From Clostridium isatidis (GTDB lineage Bacteria; Bacillota; Clostridia; Clostridiales; Clostridiaceae): a DNA stretch of 24,000 nt. Within the stretch, counting starts at the first letter, position 1, and every line of letters starts with the position of its first letter. The stretch covers positions 1,744,420-1,768,419 of the forward strand of contig NZ_CP016786.1 in assembly GCF_002285495.1 (NCBI RefSeq), read 5' to 3'. Under the pieces are notes generated by a model. It did no database searches. It was not told the origin of the DNA and saw only the letters and a list, made by a program, of their open reading frames with translations. The position numbers and the translations under genes were made by a program. Positions 1 through 8,910 of this stretch are shown here, piece after piece.

Positions 1-1283
1 AACCTAGCAAGAGAAGTAACCATTGTTATTGCTCCATTATAATTTTCATTTTCTATCATCCAAACTATAGAATCTAAGGTGTTATATAAAAAGTGCGGAT
101 TTATTTGTGATTGTAGGGCATTAAGCTCGCTTTTTCGCTTTTCTTCCTGCTCTTTTACAATATTATCCATTAAAATATTCATTTGGTTTATCATTAACTT
201 AATAGCTTTAGCTAAATGCTGAACTTCTTGAGAGCCCGTTTCTGAAATGTTTAAATTATCTACACCATTTTCAAATTCTTTAACTGCCTTTTCTAATTCC
301 ATAATTGGATTGGCTATTCTTGAAGAAACATACATATTAATTGATATCAAGGTAAAGATTGCAAAAAGCATTATAAATATTGCAAAAGCTCTAAAATCAC
401 TTGCACCAGATAATATATCTTCTATAGGAGAAACCGAAACTATTTTCCAACCTGTATAGCCTACTGTCTTTATATTTATCATCCTTTTATTTCCCTGGAA
501 ATTTTCTAAATAGTTCCCATCTTCTAATTTTGAATTTTTATTATTTGTTTCCTCAATAAGATTAGTGTATATTAGCTGTTGTCTGGGATGATATATTATT
601 TCCCCATTTCCATCCATTAAATATACATAAGCATTTTGCCCTAAATCAACATTTTTGCATATTTCCTCAATGCCGCTAAAACTCATATCAACTAAAAGAA
701 CACCTCTTTTAGCCTTACCATCTTCAGTTATTTCAACTGCTCTGCTTAAGGAAACAACCCAAGTATATTTATAATTTGGATCATAAAATAAGTTTTGAAC
801 ATGAGGAGTTGAAAAGTGAAGGTTTTCACTTTTTTCTAAAGCATCTTGAAACCATTCATTTTCCCTTGGATCTATATTTTCTTTTAACTGTTGTACTGGA
901 TAGGAAGCTATTATATCTCCATGCTCTGAAAACAAGCTTATGCTGATTAAGAAGTCCTTATTGGCTTCGTAGAGTATATCCATTTCCTTATTAATATTTT
1001 CACTGGATAAATCCTTCTTCTTAATCCCTCTATAGTACATGGTATCAGATATTTTCATCATCTTTCTTAAATAGCTATCTAAATTTAAATTAACTTGATC
1101 TAAAATAGCTTGATTATTTTTTGCAACCATTTCCTCAGTTAAGTTGGAAAATCTTAAATATAAGGCTCCTCCTACTACTATCATTCCAAGTACTGCAACA
1201 ATTGTAAAAGAAACAGATATGATATTATGAATACTTGCTTTTTTATAATAATTAATTATTCTTTCTTGAATTGATTTTAGCAT
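1..1283 (-). CDS. Sensor histidine kinase, YesM-like (partial; C-terminus lies beyond window start)
   Basis: Absent from the ORF track because it runs off the window. Hand translation of the minus strand from ATG at 1283 (10 nt after the response-regulator stop) gives MLKSIQERIINYYKK... It has a TM segment (ISVSFTIVAVLGMIVVGGALYL), a ~250-aa extracytoplasmic region, a second TM segment (FAIFIMLFAIFTLISINMYV) and a HAMP-like linker. The H-box region LNALQSQINPHFLYNTLDSIVWM is characteristic of YesM/LytS-type kinases. The frame stays open to position 1. Confidence 0.8.
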   Translation of the reverse strand, partial: MLKSIQERIINYYKKASIHNIISVSFTIVAVLGMIVVGGALYLRFSNLTEEMVAKNNQAILDQVNLNLDSYLRKMMKISDTMYYRGIKKKDLSSENINKEMDILYEANKDFLISISLFSEHGDIIASYPVQQLKENIDPRENEWFQDALEKSENLHFSTPHVQNLFYDPNYKYTWVVSLSRAVEITEDGKAKRGVLLVDMSFSGIEEICKNVDLGQNAYVYLMDGNGEIIYHPRQQLIYTNLIEETNNKNSKLEDGNYLENFQGNKRMINIKTVGYTGWKIVSVSPIEDILSGASDFRAFAIFIMLFAIFTLISINMYVSSRIANPIMELEKAVKEFENGVDNLNISETGSQEVQHLAKAIKLMINQMNILMDNIVKEQEEKRKSELNALQSQINPHFLYNTLDSIVWMIENENYNGAITMVTSLAR

Positions 1284-1292
1284 ATTTAATCA

Positions 1293-2891
1293 TCATCTCT
1301 TTCTATATCTTGAAGGAGATATTCCATATTGTTTTTTAAATACATAGCTAAAATAATTAGCCTCTAAGTATCCAACCTTCCTCGCAATAATATATGTTTT
1401 ATCATCTGTTGTATTTAACAGCTTTACCGCCTCTTCAAGCCTTATATTAGTTAAATAACTTACGAAATTCATATCAGTTTCTTTTTTGAAAATAGTTGAA
1501 AAATATGTTGGACTTACATGCAATTCTGAACATAACCTTTCTACAGATATTTCAGGGTCGCTATAATTTTCTTTAATATATGCTTTAGCTTTTTCTATTA
1601 ATATTTTTGAAGAGTTAACTCTATCTTTCTTTATTAACTTATTTATTTTTATAGATTTTTCAATAAACCAACTCTTAATATCATTAATTGAATCTGCTTT
1701 GCTTAAATAAGAATAACAATTAAAATTATCTCCAAAAACTTCATCGAAATTAATATTATAATCTTGCAGCAATCTTAATATAGCTGTCATAATTTCCATA
1801 AGATAAACTCTATACTTATTTAAATCTACTAAATCCTTTTCAACTTTCTTAAATATTCTATTAATAGTTTCTTCTATTTCTTCCTTACTTGAAAGTTTTA
1901 TTGAATTTAATAATGAATTTTCCTCTTGCTCTTCAAATTTTAACTGAATATCATAATTTGGTTCTACGTCATCTATATAAATTGCCTTTCCATTTCCTAA
2001 AATAGGTCTATAACTTAAAGCTGTTTCAGCTGTTTTATATGAATATCTAATATCCATTATATCTTCATATACTCTTCCAATACCTGAAGATATTGTATTT
2101 GCAAAAACACATTGATATACTCTGCTTACTTCATTTAAGCCCTTAAGTAAATTGTTTATTTCTGATTTTTCTTCAAAAGTTGCTAATACTACAATTTTAT
2201 CTGAATAAGGAAAACTAACAAAATCACAATAATTAACAAGTATTTCATCAACCATGTTTTTAATTGAAATTAAAAGTAAACCAATATTGTTTTCCTCTTC
2301 TTCTAGGATTGTGGTTCCATCTATATTTATTAAGGCAACAGCCAGAAATCTTTTTATAAAATTTAATCCCAGCTTCCCAGCATCTTCTTCCCATCTTTCC
2401 TTGCTCATCCTACCTTCTAAAGCTGAAACTAAATATTGTTCTCTTAATACAGGAATACTTTCTAAATAATGTTTTTTTAATATTTCTACATTTCTTTTTT
2501 GATTATATTCCTTATCAAGCTTGTCCTTTAACTTTTTAAGAATTTCTATAATCTCAATTGAATTAATAGGTTTTAAAACATACTCAAAAACATTTATCTT
2601 TATTGCTTTATGAGCATATTCAAGTTCATCTGACCCAGAGAAAATTATTAATTTTGTGGACGGCATTATTTCAGATAATTTCTCCCCCAATTCTAATCCA
2701 TCTAGAAAAGGCATTTTTATATCAGTCATTACTACATCAGGAGCAAGCTTTTCCGCCATTTCCAGGGCTTCTTGTCCATTTTCTGCATCTCCAACTACTT
2801 CAAAACCATATTCTTCCCAATTAACCTTATTAATTACTCCAAGTCTTATTTCTTCTTCATCATCTACAACCATTATTTTATATAGCTTCAT
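1293..2891 (-). CDS. Two-component response regulator, REC domain + AraC-type HTH output (YesN-like)
   Basis: 532-aa ORF. The N-terminus MKLYKIMVVDDEEEIRLG...PDVVMTDIKMPFLDGLEL is a receiver domain with the phospho-acceptor Asp context. The C-terminus (ERLCSELHVSPTYFSTIFKKETDMNFVSYLTNIRLEEAVKLL...YFSYVFKKQYGISPSRYRK) is an AraC/XylS helix-turn-helix pair. SD-like GGGAG lies upstream of the ATG. Confidence 0.9.
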   Translation of the reverse strand: MKLYKIMVVDDEEEIRLGVINKVNWEEYGFEVVGDAENGQEALEMAEKLAPDVVMTDIKMPFLDGLELGEKLSEIMPSTKLIIFSGSDELEYAHKAIKINVFEYVLKPINSIEIIEILKKLKDKLDKEYNQKRNVEILKKHYLESIPVLREQYLVSALEGRMSKERWEEDAGKLGLNFIKRFLAVALINIDGTTILEEEENNIGLLLISIKNMVDEILVNYCDFVSFPYSDKIVVLATFEEKSEINNLLKGLNEVSRVYQCVFANTISSGIGRVYEDIMDIRYSYKTAETALSYRPILGNGKAIYIDDVEPNYDIQLKFEEQEENSLLNSIKLSSKEEIEETINRIFKKVEKDLVDLNKYRVYLMEIMTAILRLLQDYNINFDEVFGDNFNCYSYLSKADSINDIKSWFIEKSIKINKLIKKDRVNSSKILIEKAKAYIKENYSDPEISVERLCSELHVSPTYFSTIFKKETDMNFVSYLTNIRLEEAVKLLNTTDDKTYIIARKVGYLEANYFSYVFKKQYGISPSRYRKR

Positions 2892-3086
2892 ATATAACCA
2901 CTCCCAGATATATTAGCATATACTTTTTATTACTTTATAAACAATGTGCTAATCGATTACATTTGATATTATTTAAATAATTAGAATATTAACATAATTA
3001 TAACACAAACTATAAAGATTGCGAAGAAATCTTTATAATTCACAGTGTGCAGTCTAGCTAATAATTCAGCAAGGCTGAATTATAAT

Positions 3087-3118
3087 AAAAAACTCCTAGG
3101 GGCAGCCCTAGGAGTTTT
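3087..3118 (-). terminator. Rho-independent terminator closing the mgl operon
   Basis: 13-bp perfect stem AAAACTCCTAGGG / CCCTAGGAGTTTT with a 4-nt loop. On the minus strand it is followed by a U-run (UUUUUUAUU). A second smaller hairpin (ATAATTCAGC..GCTGAATTAT) sits at 3061-3083. Confidence 0.75.
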
Positions 3119-3124
3119 ATCCTT

Positions 3125-3159
3125 AATTGTCCATTGTCAATTCTCAATTGTAATCTGTA
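3125..3159. repeat. Short degenerate heptamer tandem (5 units)
   Basis: AATTGTC CATTGTC AATTCTC AATTGTA ATCTGTA read directly from the + strand. It lies between the small ORF stop and the terminator. Confidence 0.5.
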
Positions 3160-3171
3160 AAAGTTTTGCCT

Positions 3172-3348
3172 TTACAATACTATTCCAAAGATTAGTGATA
3201 AAATCATAGCTATAAAAAGTACAACTAAAAATTTATCCATAGTTTCTACAGAAACATCTATATTTCCGTATAAGATACTTCTTATACTTTTTTTCTCTTC
3301 TTTTTTTACTTCTTCAACATTTTTACTTTCTATAATTTTATCTTCCAC
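3172..3348 (-). CDS. Candidate small membrane protein (58 aa), below the ORF-track size cutoff
   Basis: GTG at 3348 lies 21 nt after the mglC stop and is preceded by AGGA about 10 nt upstream. Hand translation: VEDKIIESKNVEEVKKEEKKSIRSILYGNIDVSVETMDKFLVVLFIAMILSLIFGIVL, stop at 3172-3174. It has a charged N-terminus and one C-terminal hydrophobic helix. It sits just upstream of the operon terminator. Confidence 0.35.
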   Translation of the reverse strand: MEDKIIESKNVEEVKKEEKKSIRSILYGNIDVSVETMDKFLVVLFIAMILSLIFGIVL

Positions 3349-3369
3349 TTTTTATCATTCCTTTAATTT

Positions 3370-4392
3370 CTATTTCTTAGCTATATACTTTCTTACGTCT
3401 AGTGATACAGCTGTTATTATAATTAAACCTCTTATAATATATTGCCAGTAAGCATTAACACCAACGAAGTTTAAACCGTAGTTGATAACTTGTAATAATA
3501 CAGCACCAATTAATACTCCTGGTATTGTTCCTATACCACCTGAGAAGGAAACTCCACCAACTACGCAGGCAGAAATTGCATCTAGGTCATAGTTAAATCC
3601 TGTATTTGTAGTAGTAGAACCTGCTCTTGCTGCTTCTAAGAAACCAGCTAATCCATAAAGAACTCCAGAAATAATAAATATAATCATTATGTTCTTAACA
3701 ACGTTTACTCCTGAAACAGCTGCTGCTTCTGGATTTCCACCGATTGCAAACATGTTTCTTCCAAGCTTTGTTTTATTCCATACAAACCATATTACTAATG
3801 ATACTATCGCAAGATAGAATACAAGATATGGTATTTCTAAAGCTCCTAATTTTAAGGATCCATTTACAAATTTAGTGTATTTTTCAGCTAAGTTTGCTAT
3901 TGGTTGGGCTCCTAGCGGAGGTCTATCTATATAAAGACAAGATAAACCATAAGCAATAAGTTGAGTACCCAAAGTGATTATAAATGCATGTACCTTTAAT
4001 TTTGCAACACCAAAACCATTAATTGCTCCAAATACTGCTCCTATAGCCATAGCTACTAACATTGGTAATATTAGTGGTAACTCTGGTAAATTAGGATACA
4101 TTCTTGATGCATAAGTTGTTGATTGCAGCAATGATGAGGATATAATTGCTGTAAATCCTAAAATACGTCCTGAAGAAAGATCTGTTCCTTGCAGCACTAT
4201 AAGACCAGCAACTCCAAGAGCCATAATACCACGAGTTGAAGCTTGGCTTAATATATTAGTAAAGTTCTTTAATGATAAAAATCCTGGATCCTTTACTATA
4301 AAAAATATTATCATTATAATTAGAACCATATATAATGCATAATTTAGCAAGAAATCTTTTACTGTATCTTTATTTATTTTTACTTTATTCAT
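3370..4392 (-). CDS. mglC: Galactose/methyl-galactoside ABC transporter permease
   Basis: Polytopic membrane ORF directly downstream of mglA, with a sugar-ABC (MglC/RbsC type) permease sequence pattern. The track start at 4401 is a GTG lying inside the SD GAGGTG. I prefer the ATG at 4392 (MNKVKINKD...), 6 nt after that SD. Confidence 0.85.
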   Translation of the reverse strand: MNKVKINKDTVKDFLLNYALYMVLIIMIIFFIVKDPGFLSLKNFTNILSQASTRGIMALGVAGLIVLQGTDLSSGRILGFTAIISSSLLQSTTYASRMYPNLPELPLILPMLVAMAIGAVFGAINGFGVAKLKVHAFIITLGTQLIAYGLSCLYIDRPPLGAQPIANLAEKYTKFVNGSLKLGALEIPYLVFYLAIVSLVIWFVWNKTKLGRNMFAIGGNPEAAAVSGVNVVKNIMIIFIISGVLYGLAGFLEAARAGSTTTNTGFNYDLDAISACVVGGVSFSGGIGTIPGVLIGAVLLQVINYGLNFVGVNAYWQYIIRGLIIITAVSLDVRKYIAKK

Positions 4393-4408
4393 AACTTGCA
4401 CCTCTATT

Positions 4409-5908
4409 CTAAATATATTTTGCTGCCATTGTCATAATATCTTCTTGAGTTAAATCATTAGTTAACCCTTCTCCTGCTAATCTACCATTAGACATTACCA
4501 TTATTCTGTCACAAATACCTAATAACTCTGGCATTTCAGAAGAAACAACTATAATTCCTTTTCCTTTATTAGCTAAATCAATTATTAATTGATAAATTTC
4601 ATATTTAGCACCAACATCTATACCTCTTGTTGGCTCGTCCAATAATAAAATTTCAGGTTCTGTCAGAAGCCATCTTCCTATAATAACCTTTTGTTGGTTT
4701 CCTCCAGATAATGTACTTATTAATGTTTTTTGACTTGGAGTTTTTACCTTCATACTATCGATAACCCATTGAGTATCTTTTGTCATTTTCTTGTCATCTA
4801 ATACTCCAAACTTACTATATCCATCTATATTAGCTAATATAGAGTTAGACTTTATATCTAATTTCCCGAATATTCCTGTTGCTCTACGTTCTTCTGTTAG
4901 AAGAGCAAATCCATTTCTTATTGCCTTTCTTGAATTTGTATTTTCTACCTTTTTACCATGTAAAAGTATTTCGCCCTCACTATGATGAGCTATTCCAAAT
5001 ATAGTTTCTAAAAGCTCTGTTCTCTTTGATCCAACAAGTCCAGCTACTCCTAAAATCTCTCCTTTTCTTAACTTAAAGGATACATCTTTTATAGATGGTT
5101 GATATGTAGCCGTTAAATTCTTAACCTCTAATATGACTTCCCCTGGTTTATTAGTCTTAGCTGGAAATCTATTAGTTAAATCACGTCCAACCATTAACTT
5201 GATTATTTTATCTGTAGTTAATTCTTTTGCAGGTTTTGTATCTACCCACTTACCATCACGCATTACTGTTACTTCATCCGATATTTGAAGAATTTCTTCC
5301 ATCTTATGAGAAATATATATAATTCCGCAGCCTCTTGCTCTTAATTTATTAATAATTCTAAATAAGTGTTTAACTTCTTCTTCTGTTAAAGAAGATGTAG
5401 GTTCATCTAGAACCAATATTTTGGCATTATAGGAAACTGCCTTAGCAATTTCAACCATTTGTCTTTGTGAAACAGAAAGTTTAGCCATTTTTATTTTAGG
5501 ATCTACATCTATTTCTAATTCCTCTAATACTTTCTTAGTTTCTTCATACATTTCTTTATCACTTACAACTCCAGCTTTTCCTGGATACCTACCAAGCCAT
5601 ATATTATCCATAACATTTCTTTGGAGTACTTGGTTTAATTCTTGATGCACCATGGCAACACCATTATCCATGGCTTGTTTTGGATTTGAAAACTTTACTT
5701 TTTTTCCTTCAATATAAATTTCTCCAGCATCTTCAATATAAACTCCAAACAGACATTTCATTAAAGTAGATTTGCCTGCTCCATTTTCCCCCATTAAAGC
5801 ATGTACAGTACCTGGTTTTACTTTTAATTGAACATTATCTAATGCTTTAACTCCTGGAAACTCTTTACTTATACCTATCATTTCTAGAACATATTTATTG
5901 TCTGCCAT
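4409..5908 (-). CDS. mglA: Galactose/methyl-galactoside ABC transporter ATP-binding protein (duplicated ABC domains)
   Basis: The 499-aa ORF is near-colinear with E. coli MglA as I recall it. Examples: [97 protein letters not shown]. Confidence 0.92.
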   Translation of the reverse strand: MADNKYVLEMIGISKEFPGVKALDNVQLKVKPGTVHALMGENGAGKSTLMKCLFGVYIEDAGEIYIEGKKVKFSNPKQAMDNGVAMVHQELNQVLQRNVMDNIWLGRYPGKAGVVSDKEMYEETKKVLEELEIDVDPKIKMAKLSVSQRQMVEIAKAVSYNAKILVLDEPTSSLTEEEVKHLFRIINKLRARGCGIIYISHKMEEILQISDEVTVMRDGKWVDTKPAKELTTDKIIKLMVGRDLTNRFPAKTNKPGEVILEVKNLTATYQPSIKDVSFKLRKGEILGVAGLVGSKRTELLETIFGIAHHSEGEILLHGKKVENTNSRKAIRNGFALLTEERRATGIFGKLDIKSNSILANIDGYSKFGVLDDKKMTKDTQWVIDSMKVKTPSQKTLISTLSGGNQQKVIIGRWLLTEPEILLLDEPTRGIDVGAKYEIYQLIIDLANKGKGIIVVSSEMPELLGICDRIMVMSNGRLAGEGLTNDLTQEDIMTMAAKYI

Positions 5909-5940
5909 ACTTATTTCACCACTTTTCTATTATTTATTAA

Positions 5941-5968
5941 ACTGCATAGTGGTAAACCACTATGCAGT
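5941..5968 (-). promoter_or_regulatory. Intercistronic stem-loop between mglB and mglA
   Basis: 12-bp perfect stem ACTGCATAGTGG / CCACTATGCAGT with loop TAAA, 19 nt after the mglB stop. On the minus strand it is followed by UUUAAUAAAUAA. This is consistent with a partial terminator or mRNA stabiliser. Confidence 0.5.
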
Positions 5969-5986
5969 CTATATTAAGATTTTTTA

Positions 5987-7027
5987 CTATTTTAAATATG
6001 GTTGATAAGGAATACGGATAGCAACTCCTGTATCATCAAACTTGTAAGAAGTACCTTCAGTTGCACCTTTTCCAGCAGCTAAGTTTAATCCAGTTTCATA
6101 TAATGCCTTAGCCATACCTTCAGCATCTTGAAGAACTGATCCTAACATATATCCCTTAGCTATATATTCTTGAGCAGCTGTTGTAGCATCAACTCCAACA
6201 ACTATAATAGATTTTTCGCCAGAGTCAGTATTATATCCTTGTGCTTGTAAAGCTGCAATAGCTCCTAATGCCATACCATCATTGTTAGCAATAACTGCTT
6301 CTATCTTATCTCCATGGTTTGATAACCAAGCTTCCATAGCATTTTGTGCTAATGCTTGATCCCAGTTACATACTTGTTTAGCTAATTCTTCAACTTGCAT
6401 TCCCTTATCCTTTAGAGTTGAAACTGAATATTCAGTTCTAGCAACTGCTTCTGGATTATCAGGTTCACCTTGTAACATTACATATTGAAGAACTCCATCT
6501 CCATTTTTATCAATTTTATCTTTGTTAGCTTCCCATTCAGCTGCTATAATGTCACCTTGCATTATTCCAGCTTCTATAGCATTTGTTCCAACAAAAATAG
6601 CCTTTTCATAAGACTTAACTACTTCTGCAGCTGGTTCTCTGTTAAATAAAACAACTGGTTTTTCAGCTGCCTTTATTTTATCAAGAACAGTTTGTCCAGC
6701 TCCTGTATCAACTAAGTTAACTAATAATAAATCATAATCTTTTTGTAATGCAGTATCTATAGTATCATTTTGTGTAGCTTGGTCACCTTTTCCATCAAAG
6801 AATTCAAATTCAACCTTGCCACTATTTTCATCTTGTATCTTTTGTAATGCTTGACGAACAGTTGAAATATAAGTATCATCAAATTTATATAGGAATACAC
6901 CTACTTTTACTGTATCGTCTGATCCAGCATTTTCTCCTCCTGTTGTTTTTCCGCCACAGCCTACTAATGTAGCTGCAACCATAACAGTGGCTAAAGCCAT
7001 AGCTAATAATTTTTTAACCTTTTTCAT
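5987..7027 (-). CDS. mglB: Galactose/glucose-binding lipoprotein of the ABC transporter
   Basis: Mature part resembles E. coli MglB (VKVGVFLYKFDDTYISTVRQAL..., VIANNDGMALGAIAAL, IVVGVDA). I place the start at ATG 7027 (MKKVKKLLAMALATVMVAATLVGCGG). It has a strong SD GGTGGGAG and a lipobox LVGC. The 30 extra codons in the track ORF (to 7117) lack an RBS and cover the promoter/cre region. Confidence 0.9.
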   Translation of the reverse strand: MKKVKKLLAMALATVMVAATLVGCGGKTTGGENAGSDDTVKVGVFLYKFDDTYISTVRQALQKIQDENSGKVEFEFFDGKGDQATQNDTIDTALQKDYDLLLVNLVDTGAGQTVLDKIKAAEKPVVLFNREPAAEVVKSYEKAIFVGTNAIEAGIMQGDIIAAEWEANKDKIDKNGDGVLQYVMLQGEPDNPEAVARTEYSVSTLKDKGMQVEELAKQVCNWDQALAQNAMEAWLSNHGDKIEAVIANNDGMALGAIAALQAQGYNTDSGEKSIIVVGVDATTAAQEYIAKGYMLGSVLQDAEGMAKALYETGLNLAAGKGATEGTSYKFDDTGVAIRIPYQPYLK

Positions 7028-7064
7028 ACTAAACTCCCACCTTTTATTAAACTTTTTAGTTTTA

Positions 7065-7078
7065 TGATTTCGTTTACA
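7065..7078 (-). promoter_or_regulatory. Candidate CcpA cre operator upstream of mglB
   Basis: The minus strand reads TGTAAACGAAATCA, against the cre consensus TGWAANCGNTNWCA (one mismatch). It sits about 40 nt upstream of the mglB ATG. Confidence 0.4.
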
Positions 7079-7221
7079 TTTATAATTATAAAGTTTTTCA
7101 AAAATAACTCCATACAAAAAACTTAACTAAATTATCAAAATTCTTTGATTTTTCAGAATATATTTTTTAAGAATAATTTGTTAAATTTGTGAAGATAATT
7201 TTAAAATAAAATAGTAATTTA

Positions 7222-7250
7222 TAACATAAAATAATTAAATATGATATAAT
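7222..7250 (+). promoter_or_regulatory. Candidate sigma-A promoter for lemA (extended -10)
   Basis: TGATATAAT (TGnTATAAT) at 7242-7250, about 30 nt upstream of the lemA ATG. A weak -35 TAACAT lies 17 nt upstream. Confidence 0.4.
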
Positions 7251-7280
7251 TATTCCAAACCTACGAAAGGAGTTGTTCTT

Positions 7281-7850
7281 ATGAAAAAAGGATTAAAAAC
7301 TTTACTAATAATAATAGCTGTAATTCTTGTTATAACTCTTCCTATTATATCTAGTTATAACAATTTAGTATCCTTAGAACAAAAGGTTGATCAATCAGCA
7401 TCAAATATTGATACTAATCTTCAAAGAAGATCTGATTTAATACCTAATTTAGTTAATACAGTAAAGGGATATGCAGCTCATGAAGAAGAAATTTTCACAG
7501 ATATCGCTGAAGCTAGAAGTAAGTTAGCAGGTGCAACAAATGTATCTGAACAAGCAGATGCTGATTCAGAATTAAGCAATGCATTATCAAGACTATTAGT
7601 TGTTGTAGAAAAATATCCAGATTTAAAGGCTAATGAAAACTTTATTGCCTTATCAGATGAACTTGCAGGCACAGAAAATAGAATTGCTATTGCAAGACAG
7701 GACTACAATAAAATAGCAACAGAATACAATACTAAAAGAAGAAAATTCCCTACTACTATAATAGCTTCAATTTTTAACTTCGAAGAAAAGCCCCTTTATA
7801 AAGCTGATCAAGGCGCTACCGAAGTTCCAAAAGTAGATTTTGCTGATTAA
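7281..7850 (+). CDS. lemA: LemA family membrane protein
   Basis: N-terminal TM helix followed by YNNLVSLEQKVDQSASNIDTNLQRRSDLIPNLVNTVKGYAAHEEEIF, the hallmark LemA block. SD AAGGAG lies 8 nt upstream. Confidence 0.9.
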   Translation: MKKGLKTLLIIIAVILVITLPIISSYNNLVSLEQKVDQSASNIDTNLQRRSDLIPNLVNTVKGYAAHEEEIFTDIAEARSKLAGATNVSEQADADSELSNALSRLLVVVEKYPDLKANENFIALSDELAGTENRIAIARQDYNKIATEYNTKRRKFPTTIIASIFNFEEKPLYKADQGATEVPKVDFAD

Positions 7851-7862
7851 AGATGATTTAAT

Positions 7863-8696
7863 ATGAAAAGATTTATTTCAAACATTTATAAATTTATTTT
7901 ATTTGTTTTCTTGGGGGTATTTTCTTTAACTAACATTGTTCATGCTGATACTACTTTTCCAGAACCTACAAATTATAAATATGTTAATGATTATGTAAAT
8001 TTACTTACTATAGATGAAAAAGAACGAATAGTATCTATTGGAAAGGAATTAGAAGATAAGACTGGAGCTCAAGCTACTATTGTTATTATAAACTCTTTAG
8101 ATGATGTTCCAATAGAAGATTATGCTAATAAGTTATTTAGATCCTGGGGAATTGGCAAAGCTGATGAAGATAATGGACTATTAATTTTATTAGCCATTGA
8201 AGATAGAAGCTGGAGAGTTGAAGTTGGCCGCGGCCTTGAAGGCGCCATTACTGATGCAGGCAGCGGAAGAATAATGCGTAACTTAGCAGTACCGGAATTT
8301 CAAAATGATGACTATGGTACTGGTCTATTAAATAGTTATAGTGCTTTATGTGATTTAATAGCAAAAGAATATTCAGTCACCCTAGAAAAATCCTTAAATA
8401 TTGATTTATCAGGTATTGAAGATGAGGATTATGAAGATCTTGAGGCTGGTGATATGATACCTATAGTTATAGTCGGAATTCTAGTAATGCTTGATATATT
8501 CTTTAATAGAGGACGCATTATATCAGCAATATTAAGAGCTATGTTTTGGTCTTCAGGACGTGGACCAAGAGGAGGCGGTTACGGAGGTGGCGGCTATGGC
8601 GGTTTCAGTGGCGGCTCCCACGGAGGCGGTGGTGGCGGCTTCGGCGGCTTTGGCGGCGGATCTTCTGGTGGAGGAGGATCTAGTGGAAAATGGTGA
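7863..8696 (+). CDS. TPM-domain (YgcG-like) membrane protein with Gly-rich C-terminal tail
   Basis: Signal peptide, then the TPM-domain pattern (VNDYVNLLT...TGAQATIVIINSL...FRSWGIGKADEDNGLLILLAIEDRSWRVEVGRGLEGAITD). One TM helix (MIPIVIVGILVMLDIFF) is followed by the tail GGGYGGGGYGGFSGGSHGGGGGGFGGFGGGSSGGGGSSGKW. Starts 12 nt after lemA. Confidence 0.85.
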   Translation: MKRFISNIYKFILFVFLGVFSLTNIVHADTTFPEPTNYKYVNDYVNLLTIDEKERIVSIGKELEDKTGAQATIVIINSLDDVPIEDYANKLFRSWGIGKADEDNGLLILLAIEDRSWRVEVGRGLEGAITDAGSGRIMRNLAVPEFQNDDYGTGLLNSYSALCDLIAKEYSVTLEKSLNIDLSGIEDEDYEDLEAGDMIPIVIVGILVMLDIFFNRGRIISAILRAMFWSSGRGPRGGGYGGGGYGGFSGGSHGGGGGGFGGFGGGSSGGGGSSGKW

Positions 8697-8780
8697 TACC
8701 ATTTTCCACAGTTCACAATGCATAATGTTCAATTACGGTAAGTTTTCAGACGAGCTGAAAATCTTAAATAATAATAAAAT

Positions 8781-8812
8781 AAAAGCAGTTTCTTTTATGA
8801 AACTGCTTTTTC
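8781..8812. terminator. Bidirectional rho-independent terminator (TPM gene / zupT convergent pair)
   Basis: 12-bp stem AAAAGCAGTTTC / GAAACTGCTTTT with a 6-nt loop. T-rich on the + side and A-rich (U-run on minus) on the other side. Confidence 0.7.
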
Positions 8813-8910
8813 TATATATAAATTTAATTTATTGCTAATATATCTGCTTTATTCTCAAATATTTTTTACAAATTCAAAAGACTTTAGCTCTAATTGCCTT
8901 TGGTTTGCTT

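Noticed and set aside
7028-7117. N-terminal extension of mglB in the ORF track (MYGVIFEKLYNYKCKRNHKTKKFNKRWEFS)
   Set aside because: The internal ATG at 7027 has a strong SD and begins a canonical lipoprotein signal peptide. The extension has no RBS and covers the cre/promoter region. Similar track extensions were rejected for the same reason at sufC (18474-18512), the TIGR02206 gene (10676-10762), mglC (4393-4401) and the oxidoreductase (22378-22386).
8560-8838. 92-aa + strand ORF overlapping the end of the TPM gene
   Set aside because: It is an alternative frame through the GC-rich Gly-codon tract (GGC/GGT read as Ala/Val). It has no RBS and runs through the terminator, so it is a composition artefact.
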